Shown piece after piece: positions 54,184-63,708 of a DNA stretch of 64,000 bases (positions are counted from its first letter, which is position 1; every line of letters begins with the position of its first letter). Source of the stretch: Enterobacter phage phiT5282EW; the sequence record PQ352032.1. One strand, written 5' to 3'. Below the pieces are notes generated by a model, which did no database searches, was not told the origin of the DNA, and was given only the letters and a program-made list of their open reading frames with translations. The translations under genes were made by a program, and so were the position numbers.

Positions 54184-55605
54184 TCACTTTGGGGCAGTGG
54201 TAGGCTTCGGCTCCACTGACGCTGGTTTGCCTGGCTGATTGCGGATCGTGGTAGCCAGTGCGCCCGGTCGCGTCGCAAAGTAGGTATAACGCCATTTTCC
54301 GGTCTGGGCCTCCCAGTATTTCACGCGCCAGCCTGAGTCCTGATCCTCCCACTCCTCAGAGTAATACGCGGGCTTGGCATCGTTATCAGCATTACGCTGC
54401 GCGATAGCTGCGGCCTCTCCGGTCGGCTTCCAGCCGTGCAGGTTGATCTCATCACCTCCACGGTTCTGGATGTGGCGCTGGTATTCAGCGAGAAGGGTGT
54501 CCTCAATCTTCGCCAGCTCAGCGGTTGCCTTACGGCCTGCTGCCGTGCAGTAGAAGTGTGTCAGCTGCTCATAGCGATCAAAGCCGTTTGTCATGTTCAG
54601 GAACACGCGGGCCTTTTTGTCGTACATCAGCTGGAGGTGCGGCTCCATCCATCCCTGCGTCGGGCGTTCTTTCAGGTGGATGTGATACTCAGCCATTTCT
54701 GTCCGGTCATGCGGGATCACATCCAGACGGTACAGGTAGCCCTGACGCCAGCAGCGCTTGTCAGTGCGCAGGGTACCATCGCTCAGCTCCTCCTCCGCGA
54801 GCTCCAGACGCTTCTCGCTGCCCGGCTTCACATCTGACAGGCCCAGCGAAACACGGCGGTGGACTTCCGCGATCATGCGCTGCGTCGTGTAATGGGGTTG
54901 CAGGGTGATGACCAGACCGCTGATTTTGGCACGCAGCGGGGCCAGCGGGTGCAAGCGCTTCACCACGTCCTCAATGGTTTCATCGCGCTGCTGCAAATGC
55001 AGCTGCCCGGACTCCAGCGGCTCGTAATCATCAGGGGCGGCGTGATCCAGCGTCAGCGCATCGACGGTCTTACCTTGCATCATACGCATCCCATGGCCCA
55101 GCTGCGGGGCGCGTACCTCCTGCACCAAATCCATGACTTCTTTCTGGCGTTCTGTCAGCTCAGGCTCCTCAACAGCGCGGGCCATCAGCTTTTGCAGATC
55201 TGGCGTTGGGTCTGCTGGCGAGTTCAGCACTTCCTGAGGCACGACCGGACGCGTACCACGGCCCGCTAATTGCACCCAAGGCTCACCGCCAGCAGGGAAT
55301 CGGTCATTCAGATTGAGCACGTACTCAGCGTGGGCGAAGGCATCAGCCAGAGTCATTACCGGATCGATGTGGATGGTCTTGCCGTCATAAATCAGGTCAA
55401 TGGGTTGGTTTTCGGCGACGGCACGGCCTACGGCATTCAGGAGCGCTTCACCTTCTTCGGCATGGAGTTGAGGCACTTCTTGCTGCTGGGCTTTTACCAT
55501 TTCCAGACAGGACATAAACGACTCAGCTTTTGCCTCAGTAAACTTCTCATTGTGCAGGGCGTTAAATACAGCAACAGCGCGGGCAATAACGGATAATTTC
55601 GACAT
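54184..55605 (-). CDS. large hypothetical early protein (473 aa)
   Basis: Acidic/Pro-rich C-terminus; no motif recognised. Confidence 0.45.
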   Translation of the reverse strand: MSKLSVIARAVAVFNALHNEKFTEAKAESFMSCLEMVKAQQQEVPQLHAEEGEALLNAVGRAVAENQPIDLIYDGKTIHIDPVMTLADAFAHAEYVLNLNDRFPAGGEPWVQLAGRGTRPVVPQEVLNSPADPTPDLQKLMARAVEEPELTERQKEVMDLVQEVRAPQLGHGMRMMQGKTVDALTLDHAAPDDYEPLESGQLHLQQRDETIEDVVKRLHPLAPLRAKISGLVITLQPHYTTQRMIAEVHRRVSLGLSDVKPGSEKRLELAEEELSDGTLRTDKRCWRQGYLYRLDVIPHDRTEMAEYHIHLKERPTQGWMEPHLQLMYDKKARVFLNMTNGFDRYEQLTHFYCTAAGRKATAELAKIEDTLLAEYQRHIQNRGGDEINLHGWKPTGEAAAIAQRNADNDAKPAYYSEEWEDQDSGWRVKYWEAQTGKWRYTYFATRPGALATTIRNQPGKPASVEPKPTTAPK

Positions 55606-55624
55606 TAAAGCATCCTTTGTTTAA

Positions 55625-56026
55625 TTAACTTTCTTGAAACAGCTTGTTGATTTCCAGCATTGCGGTACGGATAAAATCGCAGTGCGCTTTATTTCTTACG
55701 AGACTTACGTTATTCCGGCGTTCTAACTTCTTGGCTACCTCCATCACTAATTTCAGGCTCTCCGCGTTTGCATTAATCTCGCATTCGCGTTCTGCGGTGA
55801 TCTCTGCCCACTTCTGGCCTACCGGGCGAACATGACGGCGCTCATAACGGTTTCCGCCCTCATACTCCCCGTTATGTTTGTAAAACTTCACGCCAGCCAC
55901 AACGAACGTGTTTTTATAGACACGATCAACGGTTATTTTGCGGTACACGTTGAATGTGTGTGAGCCGGGAACATCCACGCGCTCAGTAATTAAAACAACA
56001 TCACCTTTCTTAACATTCTCGAACAT
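55625..56026 (-). CDS. hypothetical early protein
   Basis: 133 aa; SD GGAGGA embedded in upstream hairpin. Confidence 0.4.
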   Translation of the reverse strand: MFENVKKGDVVLITERVDVPGSHTFNVYRKITVDRVYKNTFVVAGVKFYKHNGEYEGGNRYERRHVRPVGQKWAEITAERECEINANAESLKLVMEVAKKLERRNNVSLVRNKAHCDFIRTAMLEINKLFQES

Positions 56027-56029
56027 AAA

Positions 56030-56056
56030 AAAAGTCCTCCGCTTGTGGGGAGGACT
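56030..56056 (-). terminator. hairpin plus T7 run immediately before start codon; 3' arm contains SD
   Basis: GTCCTCCCC-acaagc-GGAGGAC TTTTTTT ATG on minus strand. Confidence 0.5.
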
Positions 56057-56108
56057 TTAGCGCGTTATCTTTTTTGACGCAAGAATTATTTACGGCATAC
56101 GTGACGCA

Positions 56109-57620
56109 TCAAAAGGCATCGTCATCTTCATCAGGATCCGGCAGGTGCCGATCCTCGGTCTCCTCCGGGAATTCCTCTCCGGTGTAGAAGTGGACGGCCT
56201 TGCGCCCGGTAAGGTTCTGCCAGCGACGAATCGCCACATCTGCGAATCCCAGATCCAGCTCCATCACGCGTGCGCATACGCCCATTCGCTCGGCGGCCAC
56301 CAGTGAAGTACCAGAGCCGGAGAAGGGATCCACCATGATGTCATTGAGGCGCACGGTGTTCTTCATCATGCGCTCCCACAGCTCCACGGGCTTCTGCGTC
56401 GGGTGCAGGTCGCTGCGGTCAGGACGCGGCACGCTGACCACGCTGCCCAGCATTGACTCCACCTTGGCGTCGCCTTCCACCCGCATGATGAGATCGCCGT
56501 ACTGGAAATACCAGTTACCCTCGGCATCCTGTTTGAATGGGCTTGAGTCGCCAAACTCCGCGACGGTCGTTTGCTTCCTGCCACCGTGCCAGCGGTGCTT
56601 GGCACCCTTGCGCCAGCCGTACAGGATTGGTTCATGGATGCTTTGGAAGTCAGCCATGCCCAGTGTCATGCTGTTCTTCTTCCAGATGACATTCTGGGAG
56701 AAGTGGAAACCGACCTTTTCAAACGCCCAGCGCAGGCCATGGGCCATCTTGTCGGAGTGGCTGATATAGGTCACGCCGCCCGGCTGCATCGCGTCATAGG
56801 CGCAGCTCAGGACATTGACGAGGAACTGATTAAAGTCCTCCTCGTTTTTCCAGTCGTTAGCGATCCCGCCAGTGCGCGAGCGCTCGCCTCCGATGGCCTT
56901 ATCCATGCGCTTATTCTTCTTGCCCACATCGACGTTATACGGGGGATCGGTCAGCATCATGTTGGCCTTCTCGCCCTGCATCAGCGCCAGCCAGCTTTCC
57001 GGCTGCTCAGCATCGCCAACATACAGGCGATGAGCGCCCAGCACCCACAAGTCGCCCGGACGGCTCTTTGGCTCATCCGGCAGCGGGGGCGCATCATCAG
57101 GATCGCTGTCACCTCCTCCTCCCTCCATCGGCGGCAGCTTCATGATCTCGTCCAGCTGCTCAGGGTCGAAGCCGATAACATCCAGATCGTAGTCCAGATC
57201 AGCCAGGGCATTCATTTCGATGCGCAGCATGTCCATGTTCCACTCGGACGCCCGGCCCAGCTGGTTATCCGCGATGATGTACGCGCGGCGCTTAGCCTCA
57301 TCCCAGCCAGTGCAGTCCAGCGTCGGCACCATGCCAATAGGGATCGGCGTGCCATCCGGGAAAGCGATTTGCTTGCCCTCGCTGTACAGCTTCATCGCTG
57401 CCAGCTGGCGTCCATGACCGGCCACGATCCCCTGCTCATCGACGAGGATGGCGTTAGTCCACCCGAATTCAAGCATTGACGCGGCGACCTTCTGGACGTG
57501 CGCCGGGCTATGGTCGTTTGAGTTGTTCACGTAGGGGATGAGGCTATCAACCGGGCGCAGCCGGATCATCGGGGGGATCACGTCCAGCCCCAGCATCTTG
57601 TTAAAATCTTTATCAGCCAC
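56109..57620 (-). CDS. ParB-like nuclease domain fused to DNA N6-adenine/N4-cytosine methyltransferase (beta class)
   Basis: N-terminal ParB/Srx-like region; motif IV MLTDPPYNVDVG precedes motif I MVDPFSGSGTS. Confidence 0.75.
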   Translation of the reverse strand: MADKDFNKMLGLDVIPPMIRLRPVDSLIPYVNNSNDHSPAHVQKVAASMLEFGWTNAILVDEQGIVAGHGRQLAAMKLYSEGKQIAFPDGTPIPIGMVPTLDCTGWDEAKRRAYIIADNQLGRASEWNMDMLRIEMNALADLDYDLDVIGFDPEQLDEIMKLPPMEGGGGDSDPDDAPPLPDEPKSRPGDLWVLGAHRLYVGDAEQPESWLALMQGEKANMMLTDPPYNVDVGKKNKRMDKAIGGERSRTGGIANDWKNEEDFNQFLVNVLSCAYDAMQPGGVTYISHSDKMAHGLRWAFEKVGFHFSQNVIWKKNSMTLGMADFQSIHEPILYGWRKGAKHRWHGGRKQTTVAEFGDSSPFKQDAEGNWYFQYGDLIMRVEGDAKVESMLGSVVSVPRPDRSDLHPTQKPVELWERMMKNTVRLNDIMVDPFSGSGTSLVAAERMGVCARVMELDLGFADVAIRRWQNLTGRKAVHFYTGEEFPEETEDRHLPDPDEDDDAF

Positions 57621-58155
57621 GTTCGATCACCACTCTAATGTTGGTTTCATTGCCATTGCCCTTATCCAGCCCCCACGCCTTACGCTCCCCGTTCTGGGTG
57701 TTGGTCAGCGTTTCGGAGGTGATTTTGGCGAGTTTAGCCAGATCAAAGTTTTTGTCTTTGATGGCCTGATAGGCGAGGGTGCGCGGGTAGTCCCATTCCT
57801 TCTGGTGCTTCTCCAGCAGGTTGGCGCGAGCCAGCGCAGCGAACTCGGCGGTAATCTCATCCGCCAGCGCGTTGAGCTCGTCCTCAGTGACTACGCCCAG
57901 TTTGGCCCGGCGCTTCTTGAACTCCTCCAGCGCCTCTTTGCTCATCCCGCTCAGGTTGGGATCCTGCTTGCGCCAGCCCTCCACGCGGACTTTGCCAGAA
58001 ATGGTGTCAGGCGCTACGTTAAATTCCTTGGCGAGAAGCGACGGCGTGGCTTCCGGGTCACTCTCGTAACGGATCCGCAGTGCCGTCCATGCCTCTGCCG
58101 ACAGCTTGACGCGAGGCTTACGCCCCGTGGCTTTTGTCTTGCGTGGCGTCACCAT
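57613..58155 (-). CDS. HTH DNA-binding protein (possible terminase small subunit or early regulator)
   Basis: N-terminal Lys/Arg-rich region plus HTH-like LLAKEFNVAPDTISGKV. Confidence 0.3.
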   Translation of the reverse strand: MVTPRKTKATGRKPRVKLSAEAWTALRIRYESDPEATPSLLAKEFNVAPDTISGKVRVEGWRKQDPNLSGMSKEALEEFKKRRAKLGVVTEDELNALADEITAEFAALARANLLEKHQKEWDYPRTLAYQAIKDKNFDLAKLAKITSETLTNTQNGERKAWGLDKGNGNETNIRVVIERG

Positions 58156-58190
58156 GATTTCCTCCTTTAGCGCCGTCCTTGGCGCGGGTG

Positions 58191-58436
58191 TTAATGACTG
58201 GTTTCCTGACGTTTCTTTTCCTCTGCGGTGCAGAGGTCAAGCAGCGCCTGCGAGTGGGCAGCGAAAGACTGCGCCAGCGTTGAGAGGCTGTCTCTCAGGT
58301 TGTGCATGTTGCGGTCATCGGCCTGCGCGGCTACATGCGTCAGATGAGCAGCGGTGTTTGCACTGTCCTTTGCCAGCTCCAGCAGGTTTGGGATCGGTGT
58401 GAACATCGAACAATTCAGCATCGAGGTTTCGGACAT
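58191..58436 (-). CDS. hypothetical small protein (start uncertain; overlaps next ORF)
   Basis: ORF track. Confidence 0.25.
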   Translation of the reverse strand: MSETSMLNCSMFTPIPNLLELAKDSANTAAHLTHVAAQADDRNMHNLRDSLSTLAQSFAAHSQALLDLCTAEEKKRQETSH

Positions 58437-58719
58437 TTGGGGTCTCCTTGCGGACGAATAACTGGTGGAATCGTGCGGGCTGCAACAGGAGCGTGCCGCC
58501 TCGCGGTGCGGTAACGAGGTATTGTCCGGCCTGCGGGCGCATCAGGGTAGCCCACTCAGGATTCACCACCAGCGGCGCGATATCCTCATGGAACACGATG
58601 ACCATGCCTGCGGTCGGGTGCAATTTCATATCCCGGATGCGGTGCGCTGTCACCATGGGCAGCTGGTAGGGCACGCGGGGGCGATAATGGCTCAGGCCAA
58701 ACGGGCTATTCTTCTGCAT
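58315..58719 (-). CDS. hypothetical protein
   Basis: 134-aa ORF. Confidence 0.3.
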   Translation of the reverse strand: MQKNSPFGLSHYRPRVPYQLPMVTAHRIRDMKLHPTAGMVIVFHEDIAPLVVNPEWATLMRPQAGQYLVTAPRGGTLLLQPARFHQLFVRKETPNVRNLDAELFDVHTDPKPAGAGKGQCKHRCSSDACSRAGR

Positions 58720-59107
58720 GACTTCCTACCCATCCAAACGGGGTTTTATAAAATCCAGCCTCGATCATGGAGGCTTCGGACAGCTTCTTGAGGCGGGCGT
58801 ACAGCTCAGGCGCTTTTCCGGTGCCAGATTCCTGACCTTTCCGGTAGAGCGCAGCCAGCACATCCCACTCATCCAGATACGGAGCAAGGCGCGGGCAGTT
58901 GAGTTTCATCAGATCGAAACGGGATCGCAGCTCCGGCACAGCTTCCATCAGGCGATAACAGCGACCAAAGTCAGACGGGTCATGCGGGATGTCTCCGCCT
59001 TTTACCGGGCGAATAGCAGCTTTCAGCATGGTTTTTGATGATGCGCCAGTATCGTTACCCAGCGACCACTCCAGCAGCTTAAACATCGTATCGACTGGCA
59101 TACTCAT
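58706..59107 (-). CDS. hypothetical protein
   Basis: 133-aa ORF. Confidence 0.35.
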   Translation of the reverse strand: MSMPVDTMFKLLEWSLGNDTGASSKTMLKAAIRPVKGGDIPHDPSDFGRCYRLMEAVPELRSRFDLMKLNCPRLAPYLDEWDVLAALYRKGQESGTGKAPELYARLKKLSEASMIEAGFYKTPFGWVGSHAEE

Positions 59108-59400
59108 GCGCCGGGCCCTCCAGCAACGTGACGCGCCGGGCCATCAGCAGGCCATCCGCCATCAACGGGAGCGGCTGACGGCTTCGGGTATTCGCGGGTG
59201 TCATTCACATCGCGCAGGCAGGTGATAGCGCGGTTGTACGCCGTCCAACAGGTTACGCCCAGCTCGCTGTCATGCACACGGGAGACTACGCCTGTGATTT
59301 TGGTTTCCTTCGACGGGTAATTTGCTGTCTGGTCTGGATCATCGCAGGAGGCGACCAGAAACGGCACCAGTGCGGCGATCAGCAGTTTGGCCTTCATCAT
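59104..59400 (-). CDS. lipoprotein
   Basis: Signal peptide plus lipobox LVASC-D. Confidence 0.5.
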   Translation of the reverse strand: MMKAKLLIAALVPFLVASCDDPDQTANYPSKETKITGVVSRVHDSELGVTCWTAYNRAITCLRDVNDTREYPKPSAAPVDGGWPADGPARHVAGGPGA

Positions 59401-59455
59401 TGGGTTGTCCTTGTTAAAAAGCGCTCAGAGAGCGTCTGAGCGCGTTATACGGATT

Positions 59456-60046
59456 CTATTCTTTTTTGCGACTACTCGCCAGAGTACGCATCCAATCTGC
59501 GATCTGCTGCAATTCATCAGCAGTCGCATCACGCTTGAGATTATTGCAGCGCCAGCAGAGCAGCGCGATATTCCCGATAACGTACCCTAGCGCCGGAATG
59601 ATGCGGTCTATTGATGGCGTATTATGCTTTGGCCCGGTGTATTTAACATCGGTAAGCTGATAATCCAGCGACTTCCCACAGCACTCGCAGCTCGGCGTGG
59701 TCATAAACCATTGAAGGAGGTATTCAGCCGTAATAGCTTTCCTGTCAAACGGGATGCCAGACTGTCTGGCCCTTTCATCAATGCTTTTACGTGTTTTCTG
59801 AGCTCGGACTCTGAATGGCTCCCGCTCATAGCGCCTTTTTTCTCTCGCTTTGACTGCTGCGCCATTATCGGCAGCATAGGCTGCGCGGCGTTCAGCCAAA
59901 ATGCGCTCGCGGTTATCTCGCTTCCATTGGTTTGATCGCTCATTAGTGCATTGTTGGCAGGTTCCAGTCCTGCCATCTTTGCACTCTTTATTTTTCGTAA
60001 ACTCCTCCAGAGGCTTAGTTTTCTGGCACTTCTGGCACGTCTTCAT
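59456..60046 (-). CDS. HNH endonuclease with N-terminal Cys4 zinc-ribbon cluster
   Basis: CQKCQ...CQQC and C-terminal HNH-like IDRIIP...GNIALLCWRCNNLK. Confidence 0.6.
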   Translation of the reverse strand: MKTCQKCQKTKPLEEFTKNKECKDGRTGTCQQCTNERSNQWKRDNRERILAERRAAYAADNGAAVKAREKRRYEREPFRVRAQKTRKSIDERARQSGIPFDRKAITAEYLLQWFMTTPSCECCGKSLDYQLTDVKYTGPKHNTPSIDRIIPALGYVIGNIALLCWRCNNLKRDATADELQQIADWMRTLASSRKKE

Positions 60047-60680
60047 TCAGTTTAAAACTCCCCGGCATCAATTCGACGTGGTTAGTATTGCATTGATTGC
60101 CCCATGCGTGCCAGTTTGGGTAGGCGTCGCGGGCGAATAACTCAATGCGCGGCACATCGCCGTATAGCTCCTCGATACGGTGGAAAATCTCTTTCGGCTT
60201 CTGGGAGTGCTCGCCCAGACAGGAGAAGATGATCTGACGCACGCTGGCGCTCAGGCGCTCGACGCCTTTACCACGCACGGCGATCAGGCAGTCTTCGGAG
60301 TTGGCGCGGGTGTAGTTGCCACCGTTGATTTTCACCTCATCGTTCAGGAAGTCGAGCATATCCTCCCAGTCGAAGAACTCCGACCGCTCCAGCTTCTTGT
60401 TGAATCGGTCAGGTGCGCCCTTGTTGAACTTCACCCACGTAAAACCCTTCATGGTGCGTACATCGAATCCCCACGCCTCAGCCAGCGCCACAGCCTCCTC
60501 GGCGTGCGTGGAGGTGTACCACATAACCAGCACGGCATCATCATCAGCCAGCGTCCAGACCGGGAGGCGCTTAATGTCCTCTTTCTTCATGGTCAGGTAG
60601 TGGTTTTCAGCGGCACCGTTGCTGATTGTGTTGTCATAATGCCAGGGTGGATCGGCTAAAATAATTTTGTACTTACTCAC
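60015..60680 (-). CDS. MT-A70-family N6-adenine DNA methyltransferase
   Basis: ILADPPWHY (DPPW) catalytic motif near N-terminus; GTG start with AAAGGGGG RBS. Confidence 0.7.
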   Translation of the reverse strand: MSKYKIILADPPWHYDNTISNGAAENHYLTMKKEDIKRLPVWTLADDDAVLVMWYTSTHAEEAVALAEAWGFDVRTMKGFTWVKFNKGAPDRFNKKLERSEFFDWEDMLDFLNDEVKINGGNYTRANSEDCLIAVRGKGVERLSASVRQIIFSCLGEHSQKPKEIFHRIEELYGDVPRIELFARDAYPNWHAWGNQCNTNHVELMPGSFKLNEDVPEVPEN

Positions 60681-60867
60681 GGTTGCCCCCTTTGATACGG
60701 TCCAGCTTATCGGCGGTATTCTCGGTCGGCTGATACTTGGCGTTTGGGAATACCTTTGCCAGTACCTCGGAGTTGTTCACCTGATCAATGGCCTCGCACA
60801 TGCAGGTATAGCCAGCTGGCAGCGCGTCGAGGTCAGGGATCTTTCCACACTTGCACGGTCTAGCCAT
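60673..60867 (-). CDS. small Cys-containing protein
   Basis: 64 aa with CKCG...CMC. Confidence 0.3.
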   Translation of the reverse strand: MARPCKCGKIPDLDALPAGYTCMCEAIDQVNNSEVLAKVFPNAKYQPTENTADKLDRIKGGNRE

Positions 60868-61390
60868 GAGGCTTCTCCTGATTGGTGGCGTCCAGCGCGA
60901 TTTCCAGCGCTGCCATTGCCTCTTGCTTGGTCATATCCCCGCGTTTCCCGGTGAAGACGGCAAGCACGTTATGCGCAGCCTCGCGCAGGTTATCGACGTA
61001 TGTCACCAGCGAGCCCCCCTCAGGGATCTCACACTCCTGCACCAGCTGGTAATAAATATCAGCAGCGGCTCGGTATGCCGGGCCCGGAGTTGACAGCAGC
61101 TCATCGCGCAGGCCCAAAATCTCCAGAGCCTGATTATGGATCATGATTTTGCCTTTGCTCAGCTGGATTTCCTGCTGCTCCAGCAGCGTGGTCAGCTCAG
61201 CATTGGCGTCGCGCTGGCTATCCACCTCTACGGGGCTCGCCATGCCCAGCTGCGTGAGCAGGCCAGCGACCTCGACACGGGTGAGGGCCAGACAGTTGAG
61301 GTTGCCATTATGCAGGCGCACCAGTGATTTGAACTGCTGGAGCAGGGTTTTGTAATCGCCTGCTGGTTTCGGGTTGAACTCGATAGCCAT
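60860..61390 (-). CDS. hypothetical protein
   Basis: 176-aa ORF. Confidence 0.4.
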   Translation of the reverse strand: MAIEFNPKPAGDYKTLLQQFKSLVRLHNGNLNCLALTRVEVAGLLTQLGMASPVEVDSQRDANAELTTLLEQQEIQLSKGKIMIHNQALEILGLRDELLSTPGPAYRAAADIYYQLVQECEIPEGGSLVTYVDNLREAAHNVLAVFTGKRGDMTKQEAMAALEIALDATNQEKPHG

Positions 61391-61392
61391 GG

Positions 61393-61674
61393 TTAATCGC
61401 CCTCTTTCGGGGTCGTGGTCTTCTCGGCACGCAGCACCATGCGGGTGCCATCCTCCAGATCCCAGTGAATCTCACCGCCCTCAGCCATCACCAGCTGATA
61501 CACCAGCTGAGCGGCCTCGTTGGTCACATCACGGCCCCGATCATTGCCGACGCGGTGAAGATGACCGTTATCCATCCGCTTCATCTTCGCCAGCTGGATG
61601 GTCTTTGTGAGCGGGGAGAATCCCAGCTCCAGACGCGGGGCGCGTTTGACTTCTACGCCTACTTTGTTAGCCAT
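61393..61674 (-). CDS. hypothetical protein
   Basis: 93-aa ORF. Confidence 0.35.
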   Translation of the reverse strand: MANKVGVEVKRAPRLELGFSPLTKTIQLAKMKRMDNGHLHRVGNDRGRDVTNEAAQLVYQLVMAEGGEIHWDLEDGTRMVLRAEKTTTPKEGD

Positions 61675-61676
61675 GG

Positions 61677-62153
61677 TTAATCCTTGAAAAAAGTTACCCA
61701 GTGGGTGTTGGCACGGATGCCGGATGGATGACCGAAAGCGGGTTTCATTTCCGCCAGTTTGAGCAGCTCGCGGGTTGGCACATGCAGCTCATTCCATTTG
61801 AAGATCAGCGTGCCGTGCGGCTTGAGCACGCGCCATGCCTCAGCGAATCCGGCGCGGATGTCATCGCGCCATGTCTTCTTGTTCAGGATGCCGTACTTCT
61901 TGCCCTGCCAGCCGTTTGGCCCGCACTTGAGCAAATGAGGCGGGTCGAACACGATGAGGCTAAACGTGGCGTCGGCAAACGGCAGCGCCCGGAAGTCAGC
62001 CACGATGTCGGGATGGATTTTCAGCTCCCGGTCATCGCATAAGATATGCTCCTCGTCCCGGATATCCATGAATACTACGCGGGGATCCTCCCGGTCGAAC
62101 CAAAACATGCGCGAACCGCAGCACATGTCGAGAATGGGTTTGTTAGTGGTCAT
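61677..62153 (-). CDS. small SAM-dependent DNA methyltransferase-like protein
   Basis: Motif I ILDMCCGSRMF and motif IV IVFDPPHLL (DPPH). Confidence 0.55.
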   Translation of the reverse strand: MTTNKPILDMCCGSRMFWFDREDPRVVFMDIRDEEHILCDDRELKIHPDIVADFRALPFADATFSLIVFDPPHLLKCGPNGWQGKKYGILNKKTWRDDIRAGFAEAWRVLKPHGTLIFKWNELHVPTRELLKLAEMKPAFGHPSGIRANTHWVTFFKD

Positions 62154-62398
62154 GCGGCCTTCTTTTTGGTTTTGTGGTACACGGCCCAGCTCAGGGCGTT
62201 CAGCTTATCCATCCCTTTGCGGTCATACATGAAGATGGTCGGCACGCCGCGCTCGGTCAGGCGTCCCTCCTCGTTGCGCGGGTTGGCGTGCTCCTCTTTG
62301 ACCTGCCGCTCCAGCTCGGCAAGGTCATCGAAAGAGTGCTGGGCCAGCAGGTGCGCTTTCCAGCCGTAATTACGGACTTTCACGATCCCGCTCCTCAT
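62150..62398 (-). CDS. hypothetical protein
   Basis: 82-aa ORF. Confidence 0.3.
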   Translation of the reverse strand: MRSGIVKVRNYGWKAHLLAQHSFDDLAELERQVKEEHANPRNEEGRLTERGVPTIFMYDRKGMDKLNALSWAVYHKTKKKAA

Positions 62399-62783
62399 GC
62401 GCCACGCCTGACTCTTTGAGCATATCGGTCGCCGTGTCCAGTGTGACGATCACCCATGAATCTGGGTTCATCATGTCTTCCATCGTGCGCCCGTTGGTTG
62501 CCAGCTTGCGGGCCAGCTTCTTCTCCATCTGGTGATTTTCGTCCTCGATCACCTTGATGAAAGACTCAGGGAAAAAGCTGGTCGCCATCTGCTCCAGCGT
62601 CCTGCGCAGGCGCGGGGATTGAACAGAGCGCAGGCGGTAGCTGGCACAGCCATTCAGCGCTTTCCGCACGCTGCGCTTGTCATACTTCGCAGCGGCGCGG
62701 CACAGGTTCAGGATGTCCAGCGTGTCCGGGAACTCAGCATACTGGCTGAGGCGGATCATCTGCTGGACGGGGCTCAGTTTCAT
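62370..62783 (-). CDS. hypothetical protein
   Basis: Start set to MKLSPVQQ with AAGGATAA RBS. Confidence 0.4.
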   Translation of the reverse strand: MKLSPVQQMIRLSQYAEFPDTLDILNLCRAAAKYDKRSVRKALNGCASYRLRSVQSPRLRRTLEQMATSFFPESFIKVIEDENHQMEKKLARKLATNGRTMEDMMNPDSWVIVTLDTATDMLKESGVAHEERDRESP

Positions 62784-62805
62784 GGGTCGGTTATCCTTGC
62801 GTTGG

Positions 62806-63003
62806 TTATTCTTCGAGCTCAGCAGCCAGTTTCTTCCTGGCTTCTTTGATTTGTTGCGCGTACATGCAGTCATTGCCACCGTACTCGCGGCGAATGGTGA
62901 TATCGACAGTCCGCCCGCAGTCGAGGCGGCGGCGCAGGTAATACCCGCCATACGGGAAATGCTCATCGGCTGGAATGGGCATATTGGTGATTTTCTTAGA
63001 CAT
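62806..63003 (-). CDS. hypothetical small protein
   Basis: Start set to MSKKITN with GAGG RBS. Confidence 0.35.
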   Translation of the reverse strand: MSKKITNMPIPADEHFPYGGYYLRRRLDCGRTVDITIRREYGGNDCMYAQQIKEARKKLAAELEE

Positions 63004-63253
63004 TGCGGGCCTCTCTCTCTTTGGTGGCAAAATGCAGTTGCATTACACGGTCGTGTAATTCCATTCTGGCATCACGGCCTCGCTTTTTCTCGATGGCATC
63101 CAGCAGCGCATAACGGTCGGCCTTGGTCGGGAGGTTCAGCACGTACCGGGCCTCACATTCCAGTAACCATTCGCGGGAATCGCTTGGCACCTGCTGACCA
63201 TTCACCAGCTCCACCAGTGGGGCCTTCCAGCTGCACGCGTTTCTCGTTTCCAT
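62996..63253 (-). CDS. hypothetical protein
   Basis: 85-aa ORF. Confidence 0.35.
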   Translation of the reverse strand: METRNACSWKAPLVELVNGQQVPSDSREWLLECEARYVLNLPTKADRYALLDAIEKKRGRDARMELHDRVMQLHFATKEREARNV

Positions 63254-63353
63254 CGTTCACTCCTTACGTCATCAACGCCGTTGATAATACATCATTTAAG
63301 CAGCGGCGCAAGCAAAAAAGCCCCGCTCATAGGGGCTTTGCAGTGATCGCTTG

Positions 63354-63665
63354 TTACAGGTGAGTATCAAGCCCGGTCAGGCTGGTAAATACCTCAGCCA
63401 GCTCAGGGGCGTGGACGCCATCGGTAACAGAGATTTCTTTCACGTTCATGCCCCGGATTTTGTAAGCGGTGATTTTGTACTCATCCATTGGGGTGAGGAC
63501 GATGTGCAGACGGCTGATACCGTCACGCACGTAATGCGGTGTTTTTGGCAGGTCGAATTGCAGGCCGGATTTGATGGCAACAAAGTTTTTCGCGCCAGTC
63601 ATGGTGATGAAGCGACGACCACCTATCTGGCTCAGGATGGTTTCTGCGATTTCTTTGTTAGTCAT
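63354..63665 (-). CDS. hypothetical protein
   Basis: 103-aa ORF downstream of operator-containing promoter. Confidence 0.4.
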   Translation of the reverse strand: MTNKEIAETILSQIGGRRFITMTGAKNFVAIKSGLQFDLPKTPHYVRDGISRLHIVLTPMDEYKITAYKIRGMNVKEISVTDGVHAPELAEVFTSLTGLDTHL

Positions 63666-63708
63666 GGGTTGGTTCCTCAGGTTGCGGGCTACTCGTTAGC
63701 CGATGAGG

